64,000 nucleotides of DNA from Clostridia bacterium. GTDB taxonomy: Bacteria > Bacillota > Clostridia > Oscillospirales > CAG-272. This document shows positions 48,960-58,024 of the stretch, in pieces (within the stretch, counting starts at the first letter, position 1; each line of letters opens with the position of its first letter). The notes beneath the pieces were generated by a model. The model was not told the DNA's origin. It did not search any database and saw only the letters and a program-made list of their open reading frames with translations. Location: positions 25 through 64,024 of the forward strand of contig JAFQWY010000044.1 of NCBI GenBank assembly GCA_017407225.1, read 5' to 3'. The position numbers and the translations under genes are program-made.

Positions 48960-49538
48960 TTACTCTTCTTCTACAAACTTCACGCCGTTCTCGTCCATGG
49001 AGGCGATTCTGGCGAGGGATTCCACGCGGATGCCCTGACCTCTGACGATATCGCCGCCGGACTGGTAGGCCTTCTCGATGACGATGCCGGCACCTGCCAC
49101 TTCCGCACCGGCGTCACGAACCAGCTTCAGAAGAGCGAGGAGCGCGCTGCCCTTGGCGAGGAAGTCGTCGATGATGAGCACCTTGTCATCCGCGGTGAGA
49201 AATTCCTTGGACAGGCGGATGGTGTAGGTGGTTTCGTGGGTATAGCTGTACACCTCGGAGGTATACACGTCGCCGGAGATGTTGTTGGTGGGTGTTTTCT
49301 TGGCAAAAACAACGGGGACGCCGAAATAGGCCGCGGTCAGGCAGGCAATTCCGATGCCGGATGCTTCTATGGTGAGGATTTTTGTGATTCCTTCGTTCTT
49401 GTAGAGGCGGTAGAATTCTTCGCCCAGTCTGGAGATAAAGGGGACATCGATCTGGTGATTGACAAAGCTGTCCACTTTAAGCACATTGCCTGCGCCGATT
49501 TTGCCGTCCCTGAGGATGCGTTCTTCCAGAAGTTTCAT
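48960..49538 (-). CDS. xpt: Xanthine phosphoribosyltransferase
   Basis: A 192-aa protein. MKLLEERILRDGKI..NVLKVDSFVNHQID and the PRPP loop VLIIDDFLAKGSA are characteristic of Xpt. Confidence 0.9.
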   Translation of the reverse strand: MKLLEERILRDGKIGAGNVLKVDSFVNHQIDVPFISRLGEEFYRLYKNEGITKILTIEASGIGIACLTAAYFGVPVVFAKKTPTNNISGDVYTSEVYSYTHETTYTIRLSKEFLTADDKVLIIDDFLAKGSALLALLKLVRDAGAEVAGAGIVIEKAYQSGGDIVRGQGIRVESLARIASMDENGVKFVEEE

Positions 49539-49606
49539 ATGGCATTTCCCCCGATGTTGGATTGTATTTTATGAGAATCCGGGATTGTCAGTTAACAATT
49601 ATATAC

Positions 49607-49635
49607 ATTATACATAATAATTCGTGAATAATCAA
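49607..49635 (-). promoter_or_regulatory. Consensus-like sigma-A promoter of xpt
   Basis: The minus strand reads TTGATT-17 nt-TATAAT. The leader is only about 60 nt. Confidence 0.65.
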
Positions 49636-49841
49636 TTAACGGAGGGTATAAAAATCGTGGAGTGTTAAATGTCCGATTTGGGTATAATAACAAGAGAATC
49701 CGGACGGAAGAAGAATTATTTCACTGTCTTTGAGAATACTGCGGATTTTTGGTATCCCGGACAGAAAATCCCCCTGCGTTTTTGGGCAGAAGAGGCAGCC
49801 GCAGAGGGAAAATCCGTTGCGGGACATACGGAAGACGGTTC

Positions 49842-51086
49842 TCAGAACTGAACGTCGCCTTCGTAAACGCTTTCGTCCACTTCGGAGAGGGAGAAGATGG
49901 ACTTGGGGCCGGGTTCCCGCTTGAGCCACATACCGTCGGTGAAGTCGGGAATGGCAACGGGGGCGGAACCGAGGGAGATGGATTCTTCGGAGAGAATGCC
50001 GACTGCCATCATGGTCGCGGAGTCGTAAACGTCGATGGGAGTCTGGATTCTGCGGCGAACCGCTTCCAGGAAGGCGCGCATAACCAGCCAGTCCATGCCG
50101 CCGTGACCGCCCGTGTATTCTACAGCCTTGGTCTTCTTCCACAGCGGATGCTCGAATTCTTCCCAGTATTCGCTCATGGGCTGCCAGGATTCACCGCTGG
50201 ATCTGCCTTCGATGTGGAGCGCGCGCAGGTCTTCCATCCAGATACCACGGGTTCCCTGTACTCGTCCGCCGCGGGAGTAGGGTCTCGGGGAGCTGGTGTC
50301 ATGGGTCAGAACGATGGTTTCGCCGTTGGAGCAGCGGATGGTCGTGGTAACAATGTCGCCCAGCTTGAAATCCGCATCCGCGAGGGGATGTCCGTCCGGG
50401 AAACGATCCTTCAGGTACTTGTTCAGACCCCGGGACTTGGTTGCCATGGAGTTGAGCGCCATGAGGCGGTTGCCGCGGTTGATGTCCAGATAGGTCATGA
50501 TGGGACCCAGCTCGTGGGTGGGGTAGATTTCCGCATTGCGGTGCAGATAGTGCCATGCACGTTCGTGGTCCCGCGCCATACCGTTGGCAACGGAACGCAG
50601 GTCATGCTGGTAACCGCCCTGGCAGTGGAGAACTTCGCCGAACAGACCCTTCTTGATCATGTTCAGCACGGTCATTTCCTCACGTCCGTAGCAGCAGTTT
50701 TCCAGAAGCATGCAGGGAACGCCGGTTTCTTCGTAGGTGCGCACCAGATCCCAGCACTGCTGAATGGACTGCGCGGGGCCTACTTCAAATGCGGCGTAGC
50801 GTCCCTTCTTCATGGCGGCGATGGCGATCTTCACATGGTCGTTCCAGTAGGTGGCGATCATGACCGCTTCGCTGCCGTCGTCCTGCGCGATGACTTCCTT
50901 CCAGTCGGTGGAGCCGAAGACTTCGCGTCCGTACTTGTCGAAGCACATTTTTCTGCCCCGCTCCATGCGGTCTTCGTGGATGTCGCAGACGGCGGTGATT
51001 TCCACGTCTTCCATTTTCAGAAGCTCGCCGAGCCACCAGGTTCCGCGGCCGCCCAGACCGATGAACTGCATCTTGATGGTTTTCAT
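49842..51086 (-). CDS. Gfo/Idh/MocA-family NAD-dependent oxidoreductase (GH109-like size)
   Basis: The N-terminal Rossmann motif is FIGLGGRGTWW. EKP-like and MLLENCCYGREE segments are also present. The protein has 414 aa. Confidence 0.7.
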   Translation of the reverse strand: MKTIKMQFIGLGGRGTWWLGELLKMEDVEITAVCDIHEDRMERGRKMCFDKYGREVFGSTDWKEVIAQDDGSEAVMIATYWNDHVKIAIAAMKKGRYAAFEVGPAQSIQQCWDLVRTYEETGVPCMLLENCCYGREEMTVLNMIKKGLFGEVLHCQGGYQHDLRSVANGMARDHERAWHYLHRNAEIYPTHELGPIMTYLDINRGNRLMALNSMATKSRGLNKYLKDRFPDGHPLADADFKLGDIVTTTIRCSNGETIVLTHDTSSPRPYSRGGRVQGTRGIWMEDLRALHIEGRSSGESWQPMSEYWEEFEHPLWKKTKAVEYTGGHGGMDWLVMRAFLEAVRRRIQTPIDVYDSATMMAVGILSEESISLGSAPVAIPDFTDGMWLKREPGPKSIFSLSEVDESVYEGDVQF

Positions 51087-51135
51087 GATTTATTCCTCCT
51101 TGGGGGATATATTTTTGATTTTCTGATTGAATGTC

Positions 51136-52431
51136 TTAACCGATGGGGAGATCCTCTTCGGGACGGGATACATCGGGGTGTTTTTCGGTTTTCCACAGGG
51201 TGGCAATGGTGAGGGGGCCGAGACGTCCTGCGTACATGGTGAGGATGAGGATCAGCTTGGAGGGGATGCTGAGGGTGGGAGTAATTCCCGTGCTCAGACC
51301 GGTGGTGGAGAATCCGGACACCATCTCGAACAGGAGGTCGCGGAGGGGAATATCCGGGTCAAACAGCGACAGGAGCGTGGTCTGGATCAGGATCCATGCA
51401 AAGGCGAGGGAGATGATGATGAACGCCCGGTGCATGGTGTCGTCCTTCAGCTTGCGTCCGAAGGAGCGTGCTTCCCGTCCGGTTGCGGTGGAGATCAGGG
51501 ATTTGACAAGGGCATAGAACGTGGTGGTCTTCACGCCGCCGCCGGTGGATCCGGGAGATGCGCCGACGAACATGAAGAGGCACATGACGATGATGCCCGC
51601 ATTGGAAAATCCGCTCAGGGGATAGGTGGCAAATCCTGCGGTTCTGGCGGTCACGGAGGCAAAGAACGCACCCAGCCATGTGATGCCGCTGCCCTCGGTG
51701 AGCTTGATGATTACGGTGCCGCCGAGAAGGAAGCCGATGGTGAGCATGAGGACGACCTTGGTGTGGAGGGTGAACCGCTCGCCGCGCTTATGCTGCAGAA
51801 GCTCGCGCATGACGAAGAAGCCCAGACCGCCCAGGATGATGAGGGCGCAGGTGACCAGATTGAAGTACACGTTATGGGTATACACGCCCACGCTGTCGCC
51901 CCGCCCCAGCACATCGAATCCGCCGTTGTTGAATGCGGCGATGGAGTGGAACACGGAGAACCACAGTGCCTTCGGGAAGGGATAGTCCCGGATGAAGACG
52001 AAGAAGGACAGCAGGGCTCCGATGGCTTCAATGGTGAAGTCCAGCAGAACCACGGCGCGGATCAGGGGCTTGACCCCGTCCCATGTGGGGTAATTGAGAG
52101 CTTCCCTGACCAGGTTGTTTTCCCGCTGGTTGAGCCGTCCGCCCATGAGTGCGATGAGCCCGGCGCCGAGGGTGGTGATCCCCAGCCCGCCGATCTGGAG
52201 AAGAACTGCGATGACAATCTGCCCGAACAGGGAGTAGGCGGCTCCCGTGTCCACGGTGATCAGCCCGGTGACGCAGACGGCGCTGGTTGCGGAGAACAGG
52301 GCGTCAAGAGGCGTGACCGTGACATTTCCGCTGTGGGCGATGGGGAGGGACAGCAGCACGGCTCCGGTGAGAATCACGGAGAGGAAGCCGAGGGCGATAA
52401 CCCTGCCGGGTGAAAAGCGTTTCTGTTTCAT
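51136..52431 (-). CDS. ktrB: TrkH/KtrB-family potassium uptake membrane protein
   Basis: FSATSAVCVTGL, AAFNNGGF, ARTAGF and TTGLSTGIT are the four selectivity-filter-like repeats of Trk/Ktr/HKT proteins. Confidence 0.8.
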   Translation of the reverse strand: MKQKRFSPGRVIALGFLSVILTGAVLLSLPIAHSGNVTVTPLDALFSATSAVCVTGLITVDTGAAYSLFGQIVIAVLLQIGGLGITTLGAGLIALMGGRLNQRENNLVREALNYPTWDGVKPLIRAVVLLDFTIEAIGALLSFFVFIRDYPFPKALWFSVFHSIAAFNNGGFDVLGRGDSVGVYTHNVYFNLVTCALIILGGLGFFVMRELLQHKRGERFTLHTKVVLMLTIGFLLGGTVIIKLTEGSGITWLGAFFASVTARTAGFATYPLSGFSNAGIIVMCLFMFVGASPGSTGGGVKTTTFYALVKSLISTATGREARSFGRKLKDDTMHRAFIIISLAFAWILIQTTLLSLFDPDIPLRDLLFEMVSGFSTTGLSTGITPTLSIPSKLILILTMYAGRLGPLTIATLWKTEKHPDVSRPEEDLPIG

Positions 52432-52493
52432 ATAATACTTTCAGGCAATACGGTTTCGTTTGTTTTCGGGCGGATCCGATGTTCGGTGATACC

Positions 52494-52521
52494 AAAAAAC
52501 GGCATGACAAAAATCATGCCG
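52494..52521 (-). terminator. Intrinsic terminator after the OadG-like gene
   Basis: On the minus strand, CGGCATGA-TTTTG-TCATGCCG is followed by TTTTTTGG. Confidence 0.75.
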
Positions 52522-52532
52522 CTTCTGTTGTA

Positions 52533-52781
52533 TTATTCCGCGTCTTCGGATTTCTTTGCGGAGGTCAGCTTCTCGAGAGCCATGACAACCCCGATGATGA
52601 CCGCGATTACGATGAAAATGCAGAGCATTCCCAGTCCCATGTACTTGAGGTTTTCGATGAACATACCGGGATGGAACGCAAATCCGCCTGCAGCCGCTTC
52701 AGCAGCCGCGGATTCCACAGCGGTTTCAGCGGATTCGACGATTTCGGCAGCGTCAGCCGTAAGAAAAGATTTCAGCAGCAT
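52533..52781 (-). CDS. Small membrane protein, OadG-like (sodium-pump decarboxylase gamma subunit)
   Basis: An 82-aa protein with one TM segment (GLGMLCIFIVIAVIIGVVMAL). It lies directly downstream of the beta subunit. The assignment rests mainly on context. Confidence 0.45.
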   Translation of the reverse strand: MLLKSFLTADAAEIVESAETAVESAAAEAAAGGFAFHPGMFIENLKYMGLGMLCIFIVIAVIIGVVMALEKLTSAKKSEDAE

Positions 52782-52799
52782 TGTTTGCTCCTCCTTAAA

Positions 52800-53963
52800 T
52801 TACATAAAGAAGCTCAGAATCAGACCGCCGGCGATAACGGACGCGATCTGACCGGATACGTTTACGCCGATGGAGTGCATCAGCAGGAAGTTCTGGGGGT
52901 CTTCCTTCAGACCCATCTTGTGGACGATACGTCCGGACATGGGGAATGCGGAGATACCTGCCGCACCGATCATGGGGTTGATCTTCTTCTTCAGGAACAG
53001 GTTCAGGAGCTTTGCGAACAGTACGCCGCCCGCGGTGTCGAAGATGAATGCGAACAGACCCAGACCCATGATGAGGAGGGTTTCAAACTTCAGGAACTGT
53101 TCCGCGTGCATCTGGGAGGCGATGGTGATGCCGAGGAAGATGGTGATGAGATTTGCGAGAACCTTCTGCGCGGTTTCGGAGAGGGAGTTGAGCACGCCGC
53201 ATTCACGCATCAGGTTGCCGAACATGAGGAAGCCGACCAGGGCAACGGATGCGGGAGCAACAAGACCTGCAACCACGGTGATGATGATGGGGAAGAGGAT
53301 CTTGGTGGTCTGGGAGACCTGCTTGCCGGTGGAGTTGTCCATACGGATGAGACGTTCCTTCTTGGTGGTCAGGAGCTTGATAACCGGGGGCTGGATGATG
53401 GGAACCAGCGCCATGTAGGAGTATGCGGCCACCATGATGGGTGCCAGATAGGTGGACTTGAGCTTGTTTGCAACGACGATGGCGGTGGGACCGTCTGCGG
53501 CGCCGATGATGGCAATGGATGCCGCGTCGTTCTGTTCAAAGAAGATGGATGCCAGGCACAGGGTGAAGAAGATACCGAACTGAGCCGCCGCACCGAAGAT
53601 CATCAGCTTGGGGTTGGAGAGCAGAGGACCGAAGTCGATCATGGCGCCGATGCCGATGAAGAGGATGAGGGGGAAGAGTTCGTTGGAGATGCCGGCATTG
53701 AACAGCGTGGTCAGGGGACCTGCTTCGATTTCGCCGCTTTCAAGCATCTGGTTGATTGCGCCGGAGTGGGGGAGGTTGACGAGAATGGCGCCGAAGCCCA
53801 TGGGGAGAAGAAGGGTGGGCTCCATGTCCTTCTTGATTGCGAGGTAGATGAGAATCCCGCCGATGATCCACATGATGACGTATCCGAGGTTCATGTCCAG
53901 GATGTTTTCGTAAAGAATTTCCACGTCTGAGGTTCCTTTCGCGTGAATTTTTGAATTGCACAT
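52800..53963 (-). CDS. Sodium ion-translocating decarboxylase beta subunit (OadB/GcdB/MmdB family)
   Basis: LIYLAIKKDMEPTLLLPMGFGAILVNLP, GAADGPTAI and AAGISAFPMSGR are typical OAD_beta motifs. The true start may be the GTG (VEILYEN) downstream of GAAAGGAA. Confidence 0.8.
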   Translation of the reverse strand: MCNSKIHAKGTSDVEILYENILDMNLGYVIMWIIGGILIYLAIKKDMEPTLLLPMGFGAILVNLPHSGAINQMLESGEIEAGPLTTLFNAGISNELFPLILFIGIGAMIDFGPLLSNPKLMIFGAAAQFGIFFTLCLASIFFEQNDAASIAIIGAADGPTAIVVANKLKSTYLAPIMVAAYSYMALVPIIQPPVIKLLTTKKERLIRMDNSTGKQVSQTTKILFPIIITVVAGLVAPASVALVGFLMFGNLMRECGVLNSLSETAQKVLANLITIFLGITIASQMHAEQFLKFETLLIMGLGLFAFIFDTAGGVLFAKLLNLFLKKKINPMIGAAGISAFPMSGRIVHKMGLKEDPQNFLLMHSIGVNVSGQIASVIAGGLILSFFM

Positions 53964-54222
53964 AAGTGCATGATTAAGAATATTTTACTGCATTTCGGGA
54001 AAAAAGTCAACGGATAAGCCGTCTTTCCCCTGCTTTTGGGTGATTTGCACAAAGAATCCGGCGGTATGAACGACTACAGAAATAAATATTTCGGATTCTG
54101 TTTCATATTTCCCTGACATGAGAGGCAAGATGCACAAACATGAAAGCGGAAGAGCCGGAAATGCCGGCAGCGGAGGCGGATTGGCACAGCCACTTTCTTT
54201 CGTGAATTTTCCCAAAATTCCG

Positions 54223-54251
54223 TTGATTTTCCCGGTGTTATGGTATATAAT
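54223..54251 (+). promoter_or_regulatory. Sigma-A promoter of the activase gene
   Basis: TTGATT (54223-54228), 17 nt, TATAAT (54246-54251). Confidence 0.6.
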
Positions 54252-54290
54252 ATATCTGTATAAATTTCCCTGAAAAGGAATCATTGATCC

Positions 54291-54854
54291 ATGGCTTTAC
54301 ATCGTCCTGCGCGCCGGTTCGGTGCACCGCAGATTTCCGTGAAAAAAATACCCGTCCGCCTGTTCGGAACCGTATCCGAATCCATCGTGGACGGACCCGG
54401 CATCCGTTTTGTGATTTTTGTACAGGGATGTCCCCATCACTGTCCCGGATGCCACAATCCCGGCTCCCACGATCCCGAAGGCGGCACACTGACCGATACG
54501 TCCGCACTCTGGGACACCATACTGAAGTATCCCCACATAGACGGGATCACATTCTCCGGCGGCGAACCCTTCACCCATGCCGCAGCTCTGGCGGAACTTG
54601 GGAAAGCTGCCCGGGAAAAGGGTCTGAACGTGATGACCTACTCCGGGTACACCTACGGGCGGCTTCTTGAGATGGCAGAGACCGATTCTGCCGTGCATGA
54701 GCTGCTGACGGTGACCAATTATCTCGTGGACGGGCCCTTTATTCTCGCCGAGCGGGATCTGACCCTGAAATACCGGGGCAGCCGGAATCAGCGGATTCTG
54801 GATGTGACCTGCTATCCCAATTCCGCAGATGCCGCAGAGGCGGATTTTGCGTGA
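54291..54854 (+). CDS. nrdG: Small glycyl-radical-enzyme activating radical SAM protein (NrdG-type)
   Basis: SIVDGPGIRFVIFVQGCPHHCPGCHNP contains the CxxxCxxC cluster. GITFSGGEP is present. The 187-aa size is typical of anaerobic RNR activases. No nrdD is adjacent. Confidence 0.75.
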   Translation: MALHRPARRFGAPQISVKKIPVRLFGTVSESIVDGPGIRFVIFVQGCPHHCPGCHNPGSHDPEGGTLTDTSALWDTILKYPHIDGITFSGGEPFTHAAALAELGKAAREKGLNVMTYSGYTYGRLLEMAETDSAVHELLTVTNYLVDGPFILAERDLTLKYRGSRNQRILDVTCYPNSADAAEADFA

Positions 54855-54927
54855 GAGAAGGGCTGCGCGGCGAATAAATATATTGATAAAAAACAACCAC
54901 CATACTATATTCGGAGGTATCACATAC

Positions 54928-55920
54928 ATGAGCAAGCAGAGAATCCTTGTTATATCCAGTGCGAATATTGATTTTGTTCAGCGGATGCGGCGGATGCCCT
55001 ATTCCGGCGAGACCGTGATCGAGAATGAGCTGATGTATTCGTACATCCCCGGCGGCAAGGGAGCGAACAGTGCCATTGCCTTTGCGCGGTTCGGTGCGGA
55101 CACGGTATTTGCCTGCAAGCTGGGGCATGATGCGAACGGCAAGCGGCTCAGAGCCATCTACGACCGGGAAGGCATCGACACCCGGTACATCTACGAGGAC
55201 GAAGAGACCCCCACGGGGCTGGCTTCCATTCTGGTGGAGGACAACGGCAAGAACCGGATCATTGTGTACCCCGGTGCCAACATGACGCTCAGTGCGGACG
55301 ATATCGAGGACAGCTTCACGTGCTACCCCGATGCGGTGTATATGCAGCTGGAAATTCCCGATGAGGCCGTTATCGAAGCCGCACGCCGCGCCAACGAAGC
55401 CGGAATTCCTCTCTTTATCGATGCAGGGCCGGCGAGACTGGATTTCCCCCTGGATAAGCTGGGAAAGATCGAGATTTTCTCTCCCAACGAAAGCGAATGC
55501 CGCATTTTCACCGGAGTTACTCCCAACACCGAAGAAAACTGCCTCCGCGCCGCCATCCGTCTTTCCTCCCTCGTGGAAGCGAAATACATTGTCATCAAGC
55601 TGGGTGACAAGGGCGCGTTCATTTACGACGTGGGCAAGCGGGAATACTTCACCGTTCCCAGTGAAAAGGTCGAGGCCGTGGATACCACTGCTGCCGGAGA
55701 CATCTTCACCGCTGTCATGACCTACGTTTATCTGCAGAACAAGGACATCGTGTCCGCGGTCAAGTACGCCACCTGCGCGGCTGCGACCTCCGTCACCAGA
55801 GAGGGTGCATCCACGTCCATTCCCACCCGTGCGGAAGTCATCGCATACGCGAAGGCGAAGGTTGCGGCGGACAACGACAAGGACAACGCCGATGCGGTTG
55901 TTGCCGAAGGAGATGAATAA
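54928..55920 (+). CDS. rbsK: Ribokinase (PfkB family)
   Basis: The start MSKQRILVISSANIDF has GGAGGT upstream. GGKGANSAIA, the NESE motif SPNESE and DTTAAGD are canonical ribokinase motifs. Confidence 0.8.
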   Translation: MSKQRILVISSANIDFVQRMRRMPYSGETVIENELMYSYIPGGKGANSAIAFARFGADTVFACKLGHDANGKRLRAIYDREGIDTRYIYEDEETPTGLASILVEDNGKNRIIVYPGANMTLSADDIEDSFTCYPDAVYMQLEIPDEAVIEAARRANEAGIPLFIDAGPARLDFPLDKLGKIEIFSPNESECRIFTGVTPNTEENCLRAAIRLSSLVEAKYIVIKLGDKGAFIYDVGKREYFTVPSEKVEAVDTTAAGDIFTAVMTYVYLQNKDIVSAVKYATCAAATSVTREGASTSIPTRAEVIAYAKAKVAADNDKDNADAVVAEGDE

Positions 55921-55933
55921 GCGCCTCCGGCTA

Positions 55934-55968
55934 AGATAAGAGAGAATATTGAATAGATAATAGATAAG
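55934..55968 (+). repeat. Purine-rich heptad array (AGATAAG AGAGAAT ATTGAAT AGATAAT AGATAAG)
   Basis: Five 7-nt units lie between rbsK and ruvX. Confidence 0.8.
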
Positions 55969-56014
55969 AATCCGCCCGTACTTTTGCGGAAGCGGATGAG
56001 TCGGAGTACAGTTT

Positions 56015-56440
56015 ATGATTATTGTAGGACTTGATTTCGGCGATGCCAGAACCGGGGTTGCCGTGTGCGATAAATATGAAATGATGGCCACCGACGCGGG
56101 ATGCGTGGCTGCGGACAGCTATAAGAAGGCTCTCGCCGCCGTTGCGGAACGGGTGAAGGAGCTGAAGGCGGAGCTGATCGTGGTGGGAAACCCCATCAAC
56201 ATGGACGGCTCCCAGGGATTCCGCAGTGAAAAGTGCAAAGCTTTCGCAAGGGAGCTGTCGGAGCTGACCGGAATTCCCGCGGAAATGTACGACGAGCGGC
56301 TGACCACGGTTTCCGCTCACAAGATTCTGAATGACAACAACGTACGGGGCAAGAAGCGCAAGGCGACGGTGGATACCCTGTCCGCGCGTCTGATTCTGGA
56401 GGACTACCTGACCGTACGGAAGAACAGAGGTACGGTATGA
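56015..56440 (+). CDS. ruvX: Holliday junction resolvase-like nuclease RuvX/YqgF
   Basis: MIIVGLDFGDARTGVAV... ELIVVGNPINMDGS ... DERLTTV are canonical YqgF motifs. Confidence 0.9.
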   Translation: MIIVGLDFGDARTGVAVCDKYEMMATDAGCVAADSYKKALAAVAERVKELKAELIVVGNPINMDGSQGFRSEKCKAFARELSELTGIPAEMYDERLTTVSAHKILNDNNVRGKKRKATVDTLSARLILEDYLTVRKNRGTV

Positions 56441-57978
56441 CACTGACCGAAAAAATGTCCCGCACCCTCGTGGACGGATTCCTGACGGCGAAAGACGGAC
56501 GGATGTTCAACGGGCGTGGGGAAGAGATTCTCCTCTGCGGCATGGGACTGGGAAACTGGCTTCTGCCGGAGGGCTATATGTGGCGTTTTTCCGGCAGATA
56601 CGACCGCCCGAGAACCATCGAAGCCCTTGTCCGGGAGCTGTGCGGCAGTGCGTTTGCGGAGTCCTTCTGGAAAAGATTCCGGGAGAACTACATCACCGAA
56701 GCGGATGTGCGCGCCATGGCGGAAAACGGATTCAACTCCGTGCGCCTTCCCGTGAACTGGCGTGTGGTCATGGAGGACGAGCCGGGCATCACATGGAAAG
56801 AGGACGGATTTGCCCTCATTGACAGGTTCCTCGGCTGGTGTGAGAAGTACAGGCTGTATGTCTGTCTGGATCTGCACGGCGCACCCGGCGGACAGACCGG
56901 ACACAACATTGACGACTCCGCTGACGATATTCCGCGCCTGCTGACCGATACACAGTCCGACAGCCGGGAAAAGACCCTGGCGCTGTGGTGCGAATTCGCA
57001 CGGCGGTACCGGAACCGGTGGATTGTGGGAATGTACGATCTTCTCAACGAGCCGGCGCGTTCTCCCAAGCCGGGGACACCGGAGCTGGATCATGCCGCGC
57101 TGCGGGAAAGCCTGAAGCGGTTCTACCGGGACTGCATTCGTGAAATCCGGAAGATTGACCCCGTGCACATGATTTCCGTGGAGAGCGACGTGTGGGCAAG
57201 CCGGGCGGATTTCTTCACCGAGAAGTTTGACGACAATCTGTGCGCCCATTTCCACTGCTACTGGTGTCCGCCCCGCCGGGAGAAGTATCTTGACTTCCTC
57301 GCCGTCCGGGAGAATCTGGATGTGCCCCTGTATCTGGGGGAATCCGGGGAGAACACCATGCTGTGGTTCTGCGCCATGTATCCTCTCGCCCTTGAGCATG
57401 ACGTGGGCATCAACATCTGGCCGTGGAAGAAGATGGACACCGATTCCTCCCCCTGTTCCGTGAAAAAGCCCGCGCTGTGGCATAGGATTCAGGAATACAC
57501 AAAGGGCGGCGACCGTCCGTCCTACAGCGATGCACAGGCGGCCTTTGAAGAATATCTCGACAACATCCGTTATGAAAACTGCGGCTGGGTGGAAAACGTG
57601 ATTCCCTCGATTTTCCGGCGTCCGGGGTCGGCGTTCCGTGCCTGCGATTTCGTCCGATGCGGCGGAGATGTGCGCCGGGTGGATGAAAACGGTATCGAAA
57701 CCGATCAGTGGGAGAAGACTCTCACCGAGTTCACGGCAGGATGCTCTGCGGAATACACCCTTTACTCCGCAGGTGAGCCGGGTGTGATCCGGTTTGCATC
57801 GGAGTTTGAGAATGCCGTGATTGAAGTATCCGCGGACGGCGAAACCCTGCTCCGCACCACGGCATCGGGAAAACGGGAGATTGCAGTTCCCGTGCCCGGC
57901 GGACATGACTGCGTGCTGAAAATCGCCTGCATGAAAGGCAGATTCACGCTGGATGTGATTGAGTGGCGGAAGGCGTAA
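56437..57978 (+). CDS. Glycoside hydrolase family 5 (cellulase-like), apparently cytoplasmic
   Basis: GFNSVRLPV, LDLHGAPGGQ and the catalytic-acid motif LLNEP are present. There is no signal peptide. The start overlaps the ruvX stop (ATGA). Confidence 0.75.
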   Translation: MTLTEKMSRTLVDGFLTAKDGRMFNGRGEEILLCGMGLGNWLLPEGYMWRFSGRYDRPRTIEALVRELCGSAFAESFWKRFRENYITEADVRAMAENGFNSVRLPVNWRVVMEDEPGITWKEDGFALIDRFLGWCEKYRLYVCLDLHGAPGGQTGHNIDDSADDIPRLLTDTQSDSREKTLALWCEFARRYRNRWIVGMYDLLNEPARSPKPGTPELDHAALRESLKRFYRDCIREIRKIDPVHMISVESDVWASRADFFTEKFDDNLCAHFHCYWCPPRREKYLDFLAVRENLDVPLYLGESGENTMLWFCAMYPLALEHDVGINIWPWKKMDTDSSPCSVKKPALWHRIQEYTKGGDRPSYSDAQAAFEEYLDNIRYENCGWVENVIPSIFRRPGSAFRACDFVRCGGDVRRVDENGIETDQWEKTLTEFTAGCSAEYTLYSAGEPGVIRFASEFENAVIEVSADGETLLRTTASGKREIAVPVPGGHDCVLKIACMKGRFTLDVIEWRKA

Positions 57979-58024
57979 ATTCACATAAAACAGACCACAT
58001 TTTTCCAAGGAAAGGAATACCGAT

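Noticed and set aside
52432-52493. A c-di-AMP (ydaO-type) riboswitch upstream of the TrkH/KtrB gene
   Set aside because: The leader between the upstream terminator and the ATG is only about 60 nt and shows none of the long pseudo-symmetric ydaO helices.
54240-54262. A possible NrdR box (AT-rich palindrome GGTATATAATATATCTG) at the nrdG-like promoter
   Set aside because: Only one partial palindrome is present and it coincides with the -10 TATAAT. NrdR sites normally come as two 16-bp boxes with ACAC..GTGT ends, which are not present.
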